A stretch of 64,000 nt of DNA from Candidatus Eiseniibacteriota bacterium (GTDB lineage Bacteria > Eisenbacteria > RBG-16-71-46 > CAZAMP01): NCBI GenBank assembly GCA_965224245.1, contig OZ245046.1, positions 192,001-256,000 of the forward strand, read 5' to 3'. Positions 10,382 to 19,817 of this stretch are shown in pieces. The translations under genes and the position numbers were made by a program. The stretch's first letter is position 1; each line of letters begins with the position of its first letter. A model generated the notes under the pieces. The model saw nothing but the letters and a program-made list of their open reading frames with translations. It ran no database searches and was not told the origin of the DNA.

Positions 10382-11086
10382 CTAGATCTGTGCCGTCACC
10401 GCGCCGTAGTAGCTCACCTCGAACGTCTTCTTCGACACCGAGACGCGCCATCTCTGCGAGCGTCGTGAGTCCCGGCAGGTCCTCGGACAGTGTGCCTTCG
10501 AAGTCCAGCGCCGCGTTCTCGGAGTCGCGAAGCGCACGCATGGATCCACACCGAAGCCGACGCCTCCACCGAGCCCACCGGTCACCGCGGGTCCGACACC
10601 CACGGTCACGCCCAGCTGATCGAAGAGAACGAGCGCCCACTACGCGCTGGTACCGAGCGGTGCGGCAGGATCGACAGGAGGATCATCGCTTGCCCGTGAT
10701 CGAGGGCCGGTCTCGCTGACCTCCGCCTGGAACTTCGGCAGAACGCGGCACGAGCGCAGCACGGCCGAGGAGGCATCCCCCGCGACCTTGCTCTTCCTGT
10801 TCGATCCCGGGGGCACAAGGTTGCCGTTGAGGATCGCCACGACGACCAGGTCGCCGTGCACGCTCACGTCGACGACCGCATCCCCCAGAGGTTGAAAGGA
10901 CAGAGTGGCGCCCGAGATCTTCGCCAGCCTGCGTGCCCAGGCGTCCGCCACGAGCCTGGCCGATCCCTGAAATCGACCCGGCTGGGATCGACCGTTCTCG
11001 TGCCGACGGTGGTCGTCGTCGACACGGAGCTTTCGAGGGCCCCCCTCCCGCGCCCGGTCCGGTGCTATACTCCGCTCTCGTTTCAT
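10382..11086 (-). pseudogene. Possible degraded gene
   Basis: ORFs 10640-11086 and 10382-10609 share a frame, separated by one TAG; protein-like segments also appear in another frame. Confidence 0.3.
11063..11071 (+). promoter_or_regulatory. Extended -10 promoter (TGcTATACT)
   Basis: About 130 bp upstream of the 11203 gene. Confidence 0.45.
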
Positions 11087-11202
11087 CGATAATCCACGGT
11101 CCCGTGTGACTGCCGCGGCTCGCCGGCTGAAGGGTCCTCGCCGTCCTCACCGGGCACGATCGGTCACGCTGAGAACTGCTCCTGTCACTGGAGGAAACCA
11201 CC

Positions 11203-12087
11203 GTGCAACGGAACATCATGCGAACCGCACTGCTCCTGGGCGTGCTCGCGGCGCCCGTGACCGCGCAGCCCATCGTCGACGGCTCGATCGCCGGGGACGG
11301 CTACGGCGCGGCGGCCGCCGTGCAGGCCGTCGAGACCGGATTTGGTGACAATCTGAGTGAGCTGAACGCCGCGTACTGCACGACGCAGTCCGGTCGCCTG
11401 TACCTGGCGCTGACCGGTAACATCGAGGACAACTTCAACAAGCTCGAGATCTTCATCGATTCGAGGGCCGGTGGCGAGAACGCCTTGAGCGGGCTCCCCG
11501 GCAACGACGGCACGAGCGTCATGACCGGACTTCGCTTCGACACCGGCTTCGAAGCCGACTACCACGTCATCGTGCGTCGTGGCAGCTTTGGTGGCGACCG
11601 CTTCGACCTGGACTTCTCCGAGCTGGGCACGGCGAACTTCTCGTCCTACACGGACGTCTTCGGCGGTTCTCAGGAAGGGTCCGGCGTTACCGGAACCGGA
11701 CTCAACGGCGAGCCGATCGGCATCGCCTACGACAACAGCAACCTCGCCGGTGTGGCGGGCGGATCCGGCGCGGCGGATCAGGGCGCGGCGCTCGCGGTCG
11801 AGACCGGTGTCGAGCTCAGTATCGCACTCAGCGATCTCGGCTACGCCGGAGGAGACATCCAGATCTGTGCGTTCGTGAACAACGCCGATCACAACTTCGC
11901 TTCGAACCAGTTCCTCGGCCCCCTGGCGCCACCGCAGGAGAACCTGGGAGGCGACGGCATGGGCACGTTCACCGGTGTTCTGAACTTCGACCTCGGGACC
12001 TTCGCCGGTGATCAGTACTTCATCTGCGGCGGTGACTCGGTTCCGATCAGACGGTCCACCTGGAGCCGACTCAAGGGAATGTGGTAG
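11203..12087 (+). CDS. Secreted Gly/Asn-rich protein with TWSxLK tail
   Basis: GGAGGA RBS and GTG start; signal peptide; ends VPIRRSTWSRLKGMW. Confidence 0.88.
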   Translation: MQRNIMRTALLLGVLAAPVTAQPIVDGSIAGDGYGAAAAVQAVETGFGDNLSELNAAYCTTQSGRLYLALTGNIEDNFNKLEIFIDSRAGGENALSGLPGNDGTSVMTGLRFDTGFEADYHVIVRRGSFGGDRFDLDFSELGTANFSSYTDVFGGSQEGSGVTGTGLNGEPIGIAYDNSNLAGVAGGSGAADQGAALAVETGVELSIALSDLGYAGGDIQICAFVNNADHNFASNQFLGPLAPPQENLGGDGMGTFTGVLNFDLGTFAGDQYFICGGDSVPIRRSTWSRLKGMW

Positions 12088-12271
12088 ACCCCTCACGCCT
12101 CGCCCTCGCATCACGCGAAGACGAGGTGCTCATCGACTCATCTCCACGGCCGGAGACCCCCGGGCCCGGCTGTTTCGGTGATCGACGGCGCCCGACGGCG
12201 CGCTTCCGGCAGGGTGCGCGCGCGACGGCCCGCGCGCGCGTGTGTGTTCGGAGCACCAGGCTCGCACACGA

Positions 12272-13969
12272 CTACTCGACGAGCACGACTCGTTCTAACT
12301 GGCGGACGCCGGGCGCCTCCAGGCGAACGTAGTAGACACCCATGGCGACGGGCTCGCCACGCATGTCCGTGGCGTCCCACGTGACGACGTGTGGACCGGC
12401 GCCTCGCCGTTCTCCGTCGAGGACCGCGTCGACGTGCCGTCCGGAGGCGTCGAACACGTGCAATCGAACCGCGGCGTCCACCCGGAGATCGAACGCGATC
12501 GACGTGGTGCGCACGAATGGGTTCGGCCTCGGGGCGTGAAGATCGGCGATCGCATCCAGGCCCGTTCCGGGTACGCCGACCGGCTCGGTGGCGTCGACGG
12601 CCCATAGCTCGGCTCCGTTGACTCCGTCGTCGGCGCGGAAGAAGAGCGTGCCTCCCACGTTCGTGAGCTCCGCCGGCCACGAGAACGAGAGGGGGCCGCC
12701 GGGGTTGATGTCGGCGGCGAGCACCGTACCCTCGGTCGTCCCGTCGCTCTTCCAGAGCTCGACGCCGTGCACGCCGTCGTTGGCCGCGAAGTAGAGCGTG
12801 CCCTCGACGTCGGTGAGGTGCTCGACGATCGCGTGGTAGGTTTCCGGCGCGAAGGTCTTGACGAGCAGTGTGCCCTCCGCCGTGCCGTCGCTCTTCCAGA
12901 GCTCCATGGTCTCGACCGTCGTGAAGCCCGGCCGGACGAAGAAGAGCGTGTCGCCGACCCTCGTGAGCTCCTGCAGGTACGAGCTGCCGGCGGGCTCGAG
13001 GTCCACGACGAGCTCGGTGCCCCCCGGTGTCCCGTCACTCTTCCAGAGTTCGGCGCCGTTGACTCCGTCGTCGGCGACGAAGTAGAAGGCGTCGCCGACG
13101 ACGCGGATCTGGCCGGGGTTGGAGCTTCCGGTCGGGTTGATGTTCGCCAGCATGAAGGTGCCCCCGGGAGTGCCGTCGGTTACCCAGAGCTCCTCACCGT
13201 TCGTCCCGTCATCGGCCGCGAAGTAGACGGCGTTCCCGAATCGCACGAGCCCGGTCGGATTGGACTCCTCGGGGCCGGGATAGATGTCCACCAGCATCGT
13301 CGTGCCCGGCGCGGTTCCGTCGCTCACCCAGAGCTCACGGTGGTTCCTGGATGGAAGCCCATCGTCGGCGCGGAAGACCACGAGACCATCGAGCGCGACG
13401 AGGTGCATCGGGTAGGACCCGGCGCCGCCGTCGATGATGTCCTTCAGCATGAGAGTTCCCGTCTCCGTCCCGTCGCTGATCCACAGCTCGTTGCCTTCGG
13501 TGCTCGTGTACGCGTTGAAGAGCACCGTCCCATCGCTCCGCGTCAGGAACGCGGGATCTGAGCTGCCGAGCCCGGGGTTCGCATCGCGGACGAGCTCGGT
13601 GCCCTCCTCGGATCCGTCGGTGGACCAGAGCTCGCCCCCCTCGGTGCCGCCGTTGGCGCGGAAGAGCACGCGGCCGTTCAGCTCCCGGAACTCCCGTGGG
13701 TATGACCCCGACGTGCCCGGCGCGATGTCGGCGACCCGAACGGTGCCGGCGGCGGTGCCGTCGCTCACCCAGAGCTCGGCGCCGCCGGCGGGCTCGCCGG
13801 CGCTGAAGTAGAGGAGATCCCCGATCCCGCGGAGCCAGGTCGGGCTCGACGATCCGTCGGGATGGATGTCCTCGACCAGATACGCGGTGCCTGCGCTGAG
13901 CGAGGGCGACATCGCGAGCAGGATCGCGCCGAGGGCGATCCGGCGACCGGGCTCGGTGTGACGGGTCAT
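12272..13969 (-). CDS. ELWxxDGT-repeat beta-propeller protein with CTD
   Basis: Eight ELWx(S/T)DG(T/S) repeats plus one partial; signal peptide; CTD PRPNPF..WDATD..GVYY. Confidence 0.93.
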   Translation of the reverse strand: MTRHTEPGRRIALGAILLAMSPSLSAGTAYLVEDIHPDGSSSPTWLRGIGDLLYFSAGEPAGGAELWVSDGTAAGTVRVADIAPGTSGSYPREFRELNGRVLFRANGGTEGGELWSTDGSEEGTELVRDANPGLGSSDPAFLTRSDGTVLFNAYTSTEGNELWISDGTETGTLMLKDIIDGGAGSYPMHLVALDGLVVFRADDGLPSRNHRELWVSDGTAPGTTMLVDIYPGPEESNPTGLVRFGNAVYFAADDGTNGEELWVTDGTPGGTFMLANINPTGSSNPGQIRVVGDAFYFVADDGVNGAELWKSDGTPGGTELVVDLEPAGSSYLQELTRVGDTLFFVRPGFTTVETMELWKSDGTAEGTLLVKTFAPETYHAIVEHLTDVEGTLYFAANDGVHGVELWKSDGTTEGTVLAADINPGGPLSFSWPAELTNVGGTLFFRADDGVNGAELWAVDATEPVGVPGTGLDAIADLHAPRPNPFVRTTSIAFDLRVDAAVRLHVFDASGRHVDAVLDGERRGAGPHVVTWDATDMRGEPVAMGVYYVRLEAPGVRQLERVVLVE

Positions 13970-14278
13970 TCTTCACCTCCGCTTGGTTGTCGTGGCAGCG
14001 CATCTCTCTGGGCGCGAGGCGGCGCGGTCGAGCGGGGTGCGCCGCGGTAGAGGGCAGGATGTGAGGCACACGCGCGGAAGCCTGTCTGGGAACTGGACGC
14101 AGTCCAGCCCCCGTTTGATACCGGTCGGGGGATCCGGGACCTGACCTGGACACTACTCCGAAGCCGTCGGAGATCCAGCGGGCCAGCGCCGGGGACGTGC
14201 TTGAACCGAGCATCGGTACCTGGTGCCGGCGAGCCGACGGTGACCCGAGGCGCAGGGCGGCCCTGCATCCCGTGACGC

Positions 14279-15031
14279 TCACTGCGTCCGCAACCTCGAC
14301 GCGCGAAGGTAGAGCGGCCAGCGCACGACGTGTCGTGATCTCGCCTCCCCGCAGATCCTGTCGATCTCGGGGGCGAGTCGCGCCACGGGATCCTCGCCGT
14401 GCACGCGGATGTACGACTGAACGCCACTCCACGTCCGGACGAAGCCGAGAATCTCCGCCGCCGTCCAGTCGACCGACAGCACGGACGATGGAGCCGCGAG
14501 CATGCGGCCCGGCAGCACGATGCCCTCGTAGCGCTGGTCGACGAGTCGCGCACCGGGCGAGAAGTACGGCTGTACGACATCCCGGTAGAAGGACCACAGA
14601 ACCTCATCGAAGGGCGCGGTGACGTGGGCCACGTGGTAGCTCCATGCCGCCAGCACGCAGTCGCGACGTGCGACTCGCTCCGCCTCGCGATAGAACGACG
14701 GCAGATCGAACCAGTGCATCGCCGACGCAGCGACGACCAGATCCACCGAGTCTGAAGGAAGGCCTGATTCCTCCGCACGGGCGACCCGATACGCGATGCG
14801 GGGATGGGGTCTGGCGTTGGCGATCTGAGCCGCGCTCGTGTCCGTTCCGATGACCCGATCGAAGTGAGCCGCCAGGCCCGACGCCGCCTGACCACTCCCC
14901 GTCGCGGTATCCCACGCCGTCTCGCATCCCCGGGCGACGGAGGCGAGCCATTCGAACAGCTCGTCCGGATACCCGGGACGTGACGCCGCGTAGGACTCCG
15001 CGTACGCGGAGTAGTCGGGAGGGTCGGTCAT
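14279..15031 (-). CDS. Class I SAM-dependent methyltransferase
   Basis: YAASRPGYP, WDTATGSGQA and AMHWFD motifs; ATGA overlap with the upstream gene. Confidence 0.9.
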   Translation of the reverse strand: MTDPPDYSAYAESYAASRPGYPDELFEWLASVARGCETAWDTATGSGQAASGLAAHFDRVIGTDTSAAQIANARPHPRIAYRVARAEESGLPSDSVDLVVAASAMHWFDLPSFYREAERVARRDCVLAAWSYHVAHVTAPFDEVLWSFYRDVVQPYFSPGARLVDQRYEGIVLPGRMLAAPSSVLSVDWTAAEILGFVRTWSGVQSYIRVHGEDPVARLAPEIDRICGEARSRHVVRWPLYLRASRLRTQ

Positions 15032-16731
15032 GCCTCGAGCCCTCCGCCTCGCCGGTCCGGTTGCAGAACCGGCCGCGGTCCCCTCTGCACGACGATGTCG
15101 ACCATCGCCACGATCGCGGCCGTGATCACGAGACCGTCGGTCACCACGGTGTAGCGATCGTAGATCTCGGCCACGGCGCACGTGCCGAGCGAGACCGAGG
15201 TCGCGATCGCGCCGAGACCGAGGATCGAGCGACCCACGTCGTGCGATCGGTGACGTCGCCGCAGGGTGACCCCGAACCAGGCGACGATGGGCACCAGGAA
15301 AAGCACGCGCGCGTCGTAGGCTGCGTATCGCGCGCTGAGCAGGAGGCCGGAGCCGGTTGCCGGAAGGTCGGTGCCGAAGCCGTCACGGAGCACGTTCCGG
15401 AGAATCGGTACACGCCGATCGTTCTCGGTGCCCTGTAGTGCCTGGAAGTGCTTGGTATACCGCTCGTGCCCGAGCCAGTACCCGGTGAGACGCGACAGCA
15501 CCCCGCGTACGTAGGCGCCGGGGTGATCCCGGATCGTCCCGACCGCAATCCGCCGCAGCTCACGGTTGGTGCGAATCTCGGGGTTCTCGCCGTGCGTCCA
15601 CGTCCGGGCCAGCGCCTGTCGCAGGCCGTCACGAGAGATCATCTCGCGGAGTCGCGGGTTCTCGTAGTCGGCGCGGTTCCGGAGATCCAGCTGCACCGCG
15701 GGGCTGAGTGCGCTCCAGCGGAGCACGCTCGGGGAGAGCGAGGTGAGTGCGTCGGCGTACCCCTCGAAGATCTCGCGCGTCTCCGGATCCTGGATGCGCG
15801 ACACGTCCACGTGCTCGCCGACGGTCCCGAAGAGCGTCCAGCCATCGAAGGCCGTGATCGTGAAGCCCCCATGGACGACCCGGTTCATCGCCGCGTAGGG
15901 GACGAGCAGACATCCCGCGCCGCAGGCCACGAGGACCAGGTCCGCGATTCGACGTCGGAACGTGCGCTGGGCGTGCGGCCACAGGACGAGTACCAGCACG
16001 GCCGGCCAGAGCGCGATCGATGCGGAGCGGGTGATTGTGGACATCGCGACCGTCACCCCGATGGCCAGCGGTGTCCACCGTCGCCAGCGTCCACCGAACA
16101 GGAGCGCGGACATGCACGTGATCCAGAGCACCGCCAGGCACTCAGAGAGGATCGTGTGTGCGTAGTAGACGTGGCGCGGCCAGAGGCCGACGAGAATGAA
16201 CGTGACCAGCGGCGCACCCGCGCGCACGCGTGAGGACCACGTCGAACCCGCGTGAGCGGCCGACGACTCTCCATCGGTCTGGCCACCGCCGGTCGCGACG
16301 CCAACGATGGATGCGGCAAGGGCGCCGGTCGCGAGGGTAGAGAGAACCTGGACGAGTACGATCATCCAGAGCTCTCTCACGATCAGCAGCGGAGCGAACA
16401 GCATGAGCGCGTAGCCGAGCGGCGACTTGAGCGACGGCACCGGCTCCAGCATCGTGCGGAGGTAGCCGATCGAGTCACCCAGCATGTAAAAGGGGTGCGG
16501 ATCCGCCAGCCAGAGGAGCGCGTGGGCCAGCACGAGGAAGCTCGCCGCCATCACCCACGCACGGCGCGAGGCGGAGCAGCGGATGGGGGACACGTGACGG
16601 GGTGCGGGTAGAGAGCGGGCCGGGTGCTCCGGGAGCGATCGTGAACCCGTTGTGTCCGAGGACGCGAACGACCTCACGACACCTCCCATCGTCGAAGACG
16701 AGCGAGCCGCCGAGCCGTGTCGGGTGTTCAC
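15028..16731 (-). CDS. Polytopic membrane protein, GT-C/ArnT-like glycosyltransferase
   Basis: Multiple TM segments; GDSIGY, PLGY, ILSE and late DRY motifs typical of the GT-C fold. Confidence 0.65.
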   Translation of the reverse strand: MNTRHGSAARSSSTMGGVVRSFASSDTTGSRSLPEHPARSLPAPRHVSPIRCSASRRAWVMAASFLVLAHALLWLADPHPFYMLGDSIGYLRTMLEPVPSLKSPLGYALMLFAPLLIVRELWMIVLVQVLSTLATGALAASIVGVATGGGQTDGESSAAHAGSTWSSRVRAGAPLVTFILVGLWPRHVYYAHTILSECLAVLWITCMSALLFGGRWRRWTPLAIGVTVAMSTITRSASIALWPAVLVLVLWPHAQRTFRRRIADLVLVACGAGCLLVPYAAMNRVVHGGFTITAFDGWTLFGTVGEHVDVSRIQDPETREIFEGYADALTSLSPSVLRWSALSPAVQLDLRNRADYENPRLREMISRDGLRQALARTWTHGENPEIRTNRELRRIAVGTIRDHPGAYVRGVLSRLTGYWLGHERYTKHFQALQGTENDRRVPILRNVLRDGFGTDLPATGSGLLLSARYAAYDARVLFLVPIVAWFGVTLRRRHRSHDVGRSILGLGAIATSVSLGTCAVAEIYDRYTVVTDGLVITAAIVAMVDIVVQRGPRPVLQPDRRGGGLEA

Positions 16732-17010
16732 TGCTCCCGTACGGACGACGGGGCGCGTGGGGCGGGCGTCGTGATCCGCGCTCCCCGCCTCGCCCCTCCT
16801 ACGAGCTTCGCTGCCCGGCGGTCCTCGGTCAACGATTCAAGCCGCGGGTGGCCGCGGCGACCCCCTCGGCCCGAGACGGCGTCATCCGTGCGGCACCTCC
16901 ACCTCGGTTTGCGGGTGCCGTAGGGGGGTCGATCGCGTCATGTGCGGGGGACTCTCGACCTCGGCCCGGGAGGAAGGCCGAGCACGCCAGGGTCCGAGGA
17001 TGACCGCCGA

Positions 17011-18363
17011 TCACCTCAGCTTCAGCACGCGGATGGTCGCTCCGGCGCCGATCGCCCTCGCAAAGTAGACACCCGGTGCCACCTCGACGCCGCTGGCATC
17101 GCGACCATCCCAGTGCACGGCGGCGTCGCGACCGGTCGCGTCCAGGGAACGAACGACGCGTCCGGCTGCGTCGAAGACCTCCAGCCGCCGCGTATCCGAG
17201 GCGATCCGGAACGACGTCGTCCGCCGGAACGGGTTGGGCGCCGCCTGGATCGGCGTGGACAGGGTCGCGCTCGCGATCGACGGGGTATCCACGATCTCGA
17301 CCGGATCCAGGAGAAGGGCCCGCTGGCCCGTCACGCCGGGAATGAACCCGCTCACGGCGATCTGACTCGCATCGTTGATCCCGCCCGATCCGACGAAGAC
17401 GAACTGCCAGCCGTCGGGGACCAGCTGGTCGAGCTGCTGCAGCTCGCCATCGCGGTAGACGAATGGAACGAGGTTCCGATCCGCGTTCACGCTCATTCCA
17501 ACCACGACGCCGTCGGCGTTGACTCCACTGGCCCAGCTCGTCGCCTCCTCTTCGGTCGGCGTTCCGTCGGCGAGCGTTCCGAGGTCGAGATACAGCTCCG
17601 CATCTCGCCAGATGGCGGCGCGAACGGCCGGGCCCAGACCACCCCCCCTCGGGAGGCGGATCGAGCCGGCGATGTCGCCGTTGTCGTGGATGTAGTTGGC
17701 GATGTTGTTCAGGCCGGGGTGAAACGGGGGAAGCCGCGTGACGGTGCCCTCGTTCCAGAGCACGGCGAACTGCTGGAGGCCATCGACGTCGGTGGTCGAT
17801 CCGCCGACGATCTGGCCGGCGTTGTTGATCCAGGTAGCCTGCCCCAGCGTCCCTCCCAGGAGCGGCAAGGGTGTCATGACGCCGCTCTCCCACAGGAACG
17901 GGCGGGACTCGAGGTCACCGGCGAGCTTGGTCCATCCCACGATCTGGTCGAGATCGTTGATCGCGTACGCCGCGGATCGGCTGCCACCGAGCGTGCCGAG
18001 GCGTTCGATGTGTCCACGTGAACCGCCAGGCGTCCAGAGGAACGCGTCGCCGTTCTCGTGTACGGTACCCAGCTTGCCGACGGCATGCCCCAGCGCATTC
18101 ACGCCGAGAAGATCACTGCGCGACAGTCCACCTGGGGTCCCGATGAAGACGGTGGACGTTCCGTCGAAGACGAACCCCTCGTCGTGATCACCCACCTCCG
18201 AGTACCCGACCGCGAAACCGCCACTCTGGCTCAGGGACCACGTCTGGTTGATGGTGCCGTCGGCTCCCATGTCGGTGACCGTGTACGCGTGCTCCTGGGC
18301 CGAGACGGCCAAGACTGGCAGAAGCGCGATGACTGCGGTACGGATGAGAGAAGTTGTGGACAT
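17011..18363 (-). CDS. HAF-type extracellular repeat protein with CTD
   Basis: LGTLGG..AYAIND..QIVG..FLW repeats; signal peptide; CTD AAPNPF..WDGRD..GVYF. Confidence 0.9.
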   Translation of the reverse strand: MSTTSLIRTAVIALLPVLAVSAQEHAYTVTDMGADGTINQTWSLSQSGGFAVGYSEVGDHDEGFVFDGTSTVFIGTPGGLSRSDLLGVNALGHAVGKLGTVHENGDAFLWTPGGSRGHIERLGTLGGSRSAAYAINDLDQIVGWTKLAGDLESRPFLWESGVMTPLPLLGGTLGQATWINNAGQIVGGSTTDVDGLQQFAVLWNEGTVTRLPPFHPGLNNIANYIHDNGDIAGSIRLPRGGGLGPAVRAAIWRDAELYLDLGTLADGTPTEEEATSWASGVNADGVVVGMSVNADRNLVPFVYRDGELQQLDQLVPDGWQFVFVGSGGINDASQIAVSGFIPGVTGQRALLLDPVEIVDTPSIASATLSTPIQAAPNPFRRTTSFRIASDTRRLEVFDAAGRVVRSLDATGRDAAVHWDGRDASGVEVAPGVYFARAIGAGATIRVLKLR

Positions 18364-18755
18364 GATACTGATCCTTTCACTCACCACCGACTGTACAGGA
18401 ACACGCGACGATGAGCACCGGGTTGCGCGAATCTCGGGAACTGCGTCGCCTCGAGACGCAGACTATGACCGAAGCGAGCCCGAGTCATCACGGGAGCATC
18501 ACCTTTGTCTTCGCCGAGTATCACTCTCGAGTGGGGCATGGTCCGCGGTGTCTCTGGCATGGTCCGACGGGACGAGATACAGGTCGGGCATGACGTTCGC
18601 CGCAGGGCTCGGAGCTGGCCGGCGTGCGACCCTCCGCGGAGTCGGCTCACGTGTCGGATCGGCCACGCGTCGACGGCCGAGGAGGTGGCGCGATGTGGAG
18701 CCGTGGCCTCCGGAATGGGGTAGAGTGGGCGACGGGCGTTGCGAAGGAGGGACCG

Positions 18756-19736
18756 ATGGCGAGATCGCCCAGGTTGACCCGCAGAGTTCCGGACGTCGAT
18801 CGCGACGACCGATCCACGGCCCGCACGGCCTCCCGCTGGGTCGCGATCGTCGCTCTCGGATCCAGCGTGGCCTGCAACCCGGCCCCGCCTGCCTTCGATG
18901 TCGAGGTCTGCGTCAACCCGGATGGCACCGCAACCCCGACCTGGTCCGAGGGGATCGCGGTCGCCATCGGCACCGAGCGCGCGAAGGAGCTGGAAGCGGA
19001 GCGGCAGCCCCTGACACCCGAGGAGCTCGCGTGGCTCCAGGTGGTGAGGGAGTCGCTGCCGGGGCTCGCGGCTCGCGCGCGCGAGATGGCGACGTGGTTC
19101 GACCTCGAGCCGTTCGACGCCACCGTTGCCGTGGGCAACCGCGGGTCATCCGACGCATTCGGCTGGGTCCCCGATCACATCGGCATCAACCTCACGGCGG
19201 TGCGCGGGACGTACGGCCCGGTGGATGACGGCTCCGTCGATCGGATCACGCGCATCCTCGCGCACGAGTACATCCACCTCCTGACCTATGCCTTCTACCC
19301 CGATCACCGGGATCGACGGGACACCCCCTTGAACCGGATGCTGTGGACGATGTTCTTCGAGGGGATCGGGGATTACATCTCCGTCTCACCGAGGTGGTAC
19401 GCCGACGAGGGTGGAGCGTACTCGCCGGTGACCGCCCGGACGCTTCGACGCCTGGAGCCGTTCTTCGTCGAGCGGCTCGAGGCCGCCGTCGACGCGAGTC
19501 CGGCGGAGGAGCCGGAGATTCGGCGCGGCATCTCCATGGGCAGGTTCGACGAGAAGTGGGGATCGCTTCCGGTGGCGCTCTGGCTTCACAGCGAGGCCAG
19601 GATCCGTGGAGAGCGCGACGCCCTGGAGGAGATGATCCGCGCGGAACGCGAGGGCGTACTGCCCCTGGCGTTGCGCCACGTCTCCGAGGAGCTGAGGCCG
19701 AGGCTCGACGCTGTGGCCGCCTCGACCGCTCGCTGA
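18756..19736 (+). CDS. Putative Zn-dependent protease lipoprotein (DUF5700/DUF2268-like)
   Basis: AAGGAGG RBS; lipobox-like SVAC; HEYIH plus downstream EGIGD. Confidence 0.75.
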   Translation: MARSPRLTRRVPDVDRDDRSTARTASRWVAIVALGSSVACNPAPPAFDVEVCVNPDGTATPTWSEGIAVAIGTERAKELEAERQPLTPEELAWLQVVRESLPGLAARAREMATWFDLEPFDATVAVGNRGSSDAFGWVPDHIGINLTAVRGTYGPVDDGSVDRITRILAHEYIHLLTYAFYPDHRDRRDTPLNRMLWTMFFEGIGDYISVSPRWYADEGGAYSPVTARTLRRLEPFFVERLEAAVDASPAEEPEIRRGISMGRFDEKWGSLPVALWLHSEARIRGERDALEEMIRAEREGVLPLALRHVSEELRPRLDAVAASTAR

Positions 19737-19817
19737 GGCCCCCGGCATTCGCCACTTTGACGCTCGCCGGGAGCTGTGCCAGACTACCCCGTTCCGGATC
19801 AAACCCGAGGTTGAGCC

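Noticed and set aside
10640-10642. In-frame TAG as pyrrolysine or read-through
   Set aside because: No pyl genes in the window, and additional frame disruptions point to decay.
12272-13969. DNA repeats suggesting a CRISPR or tandem array
   Set aside because: These are in-frame protein repeats (ELWxxDGT); no repeat-spacer array was seen anywhere in the window.
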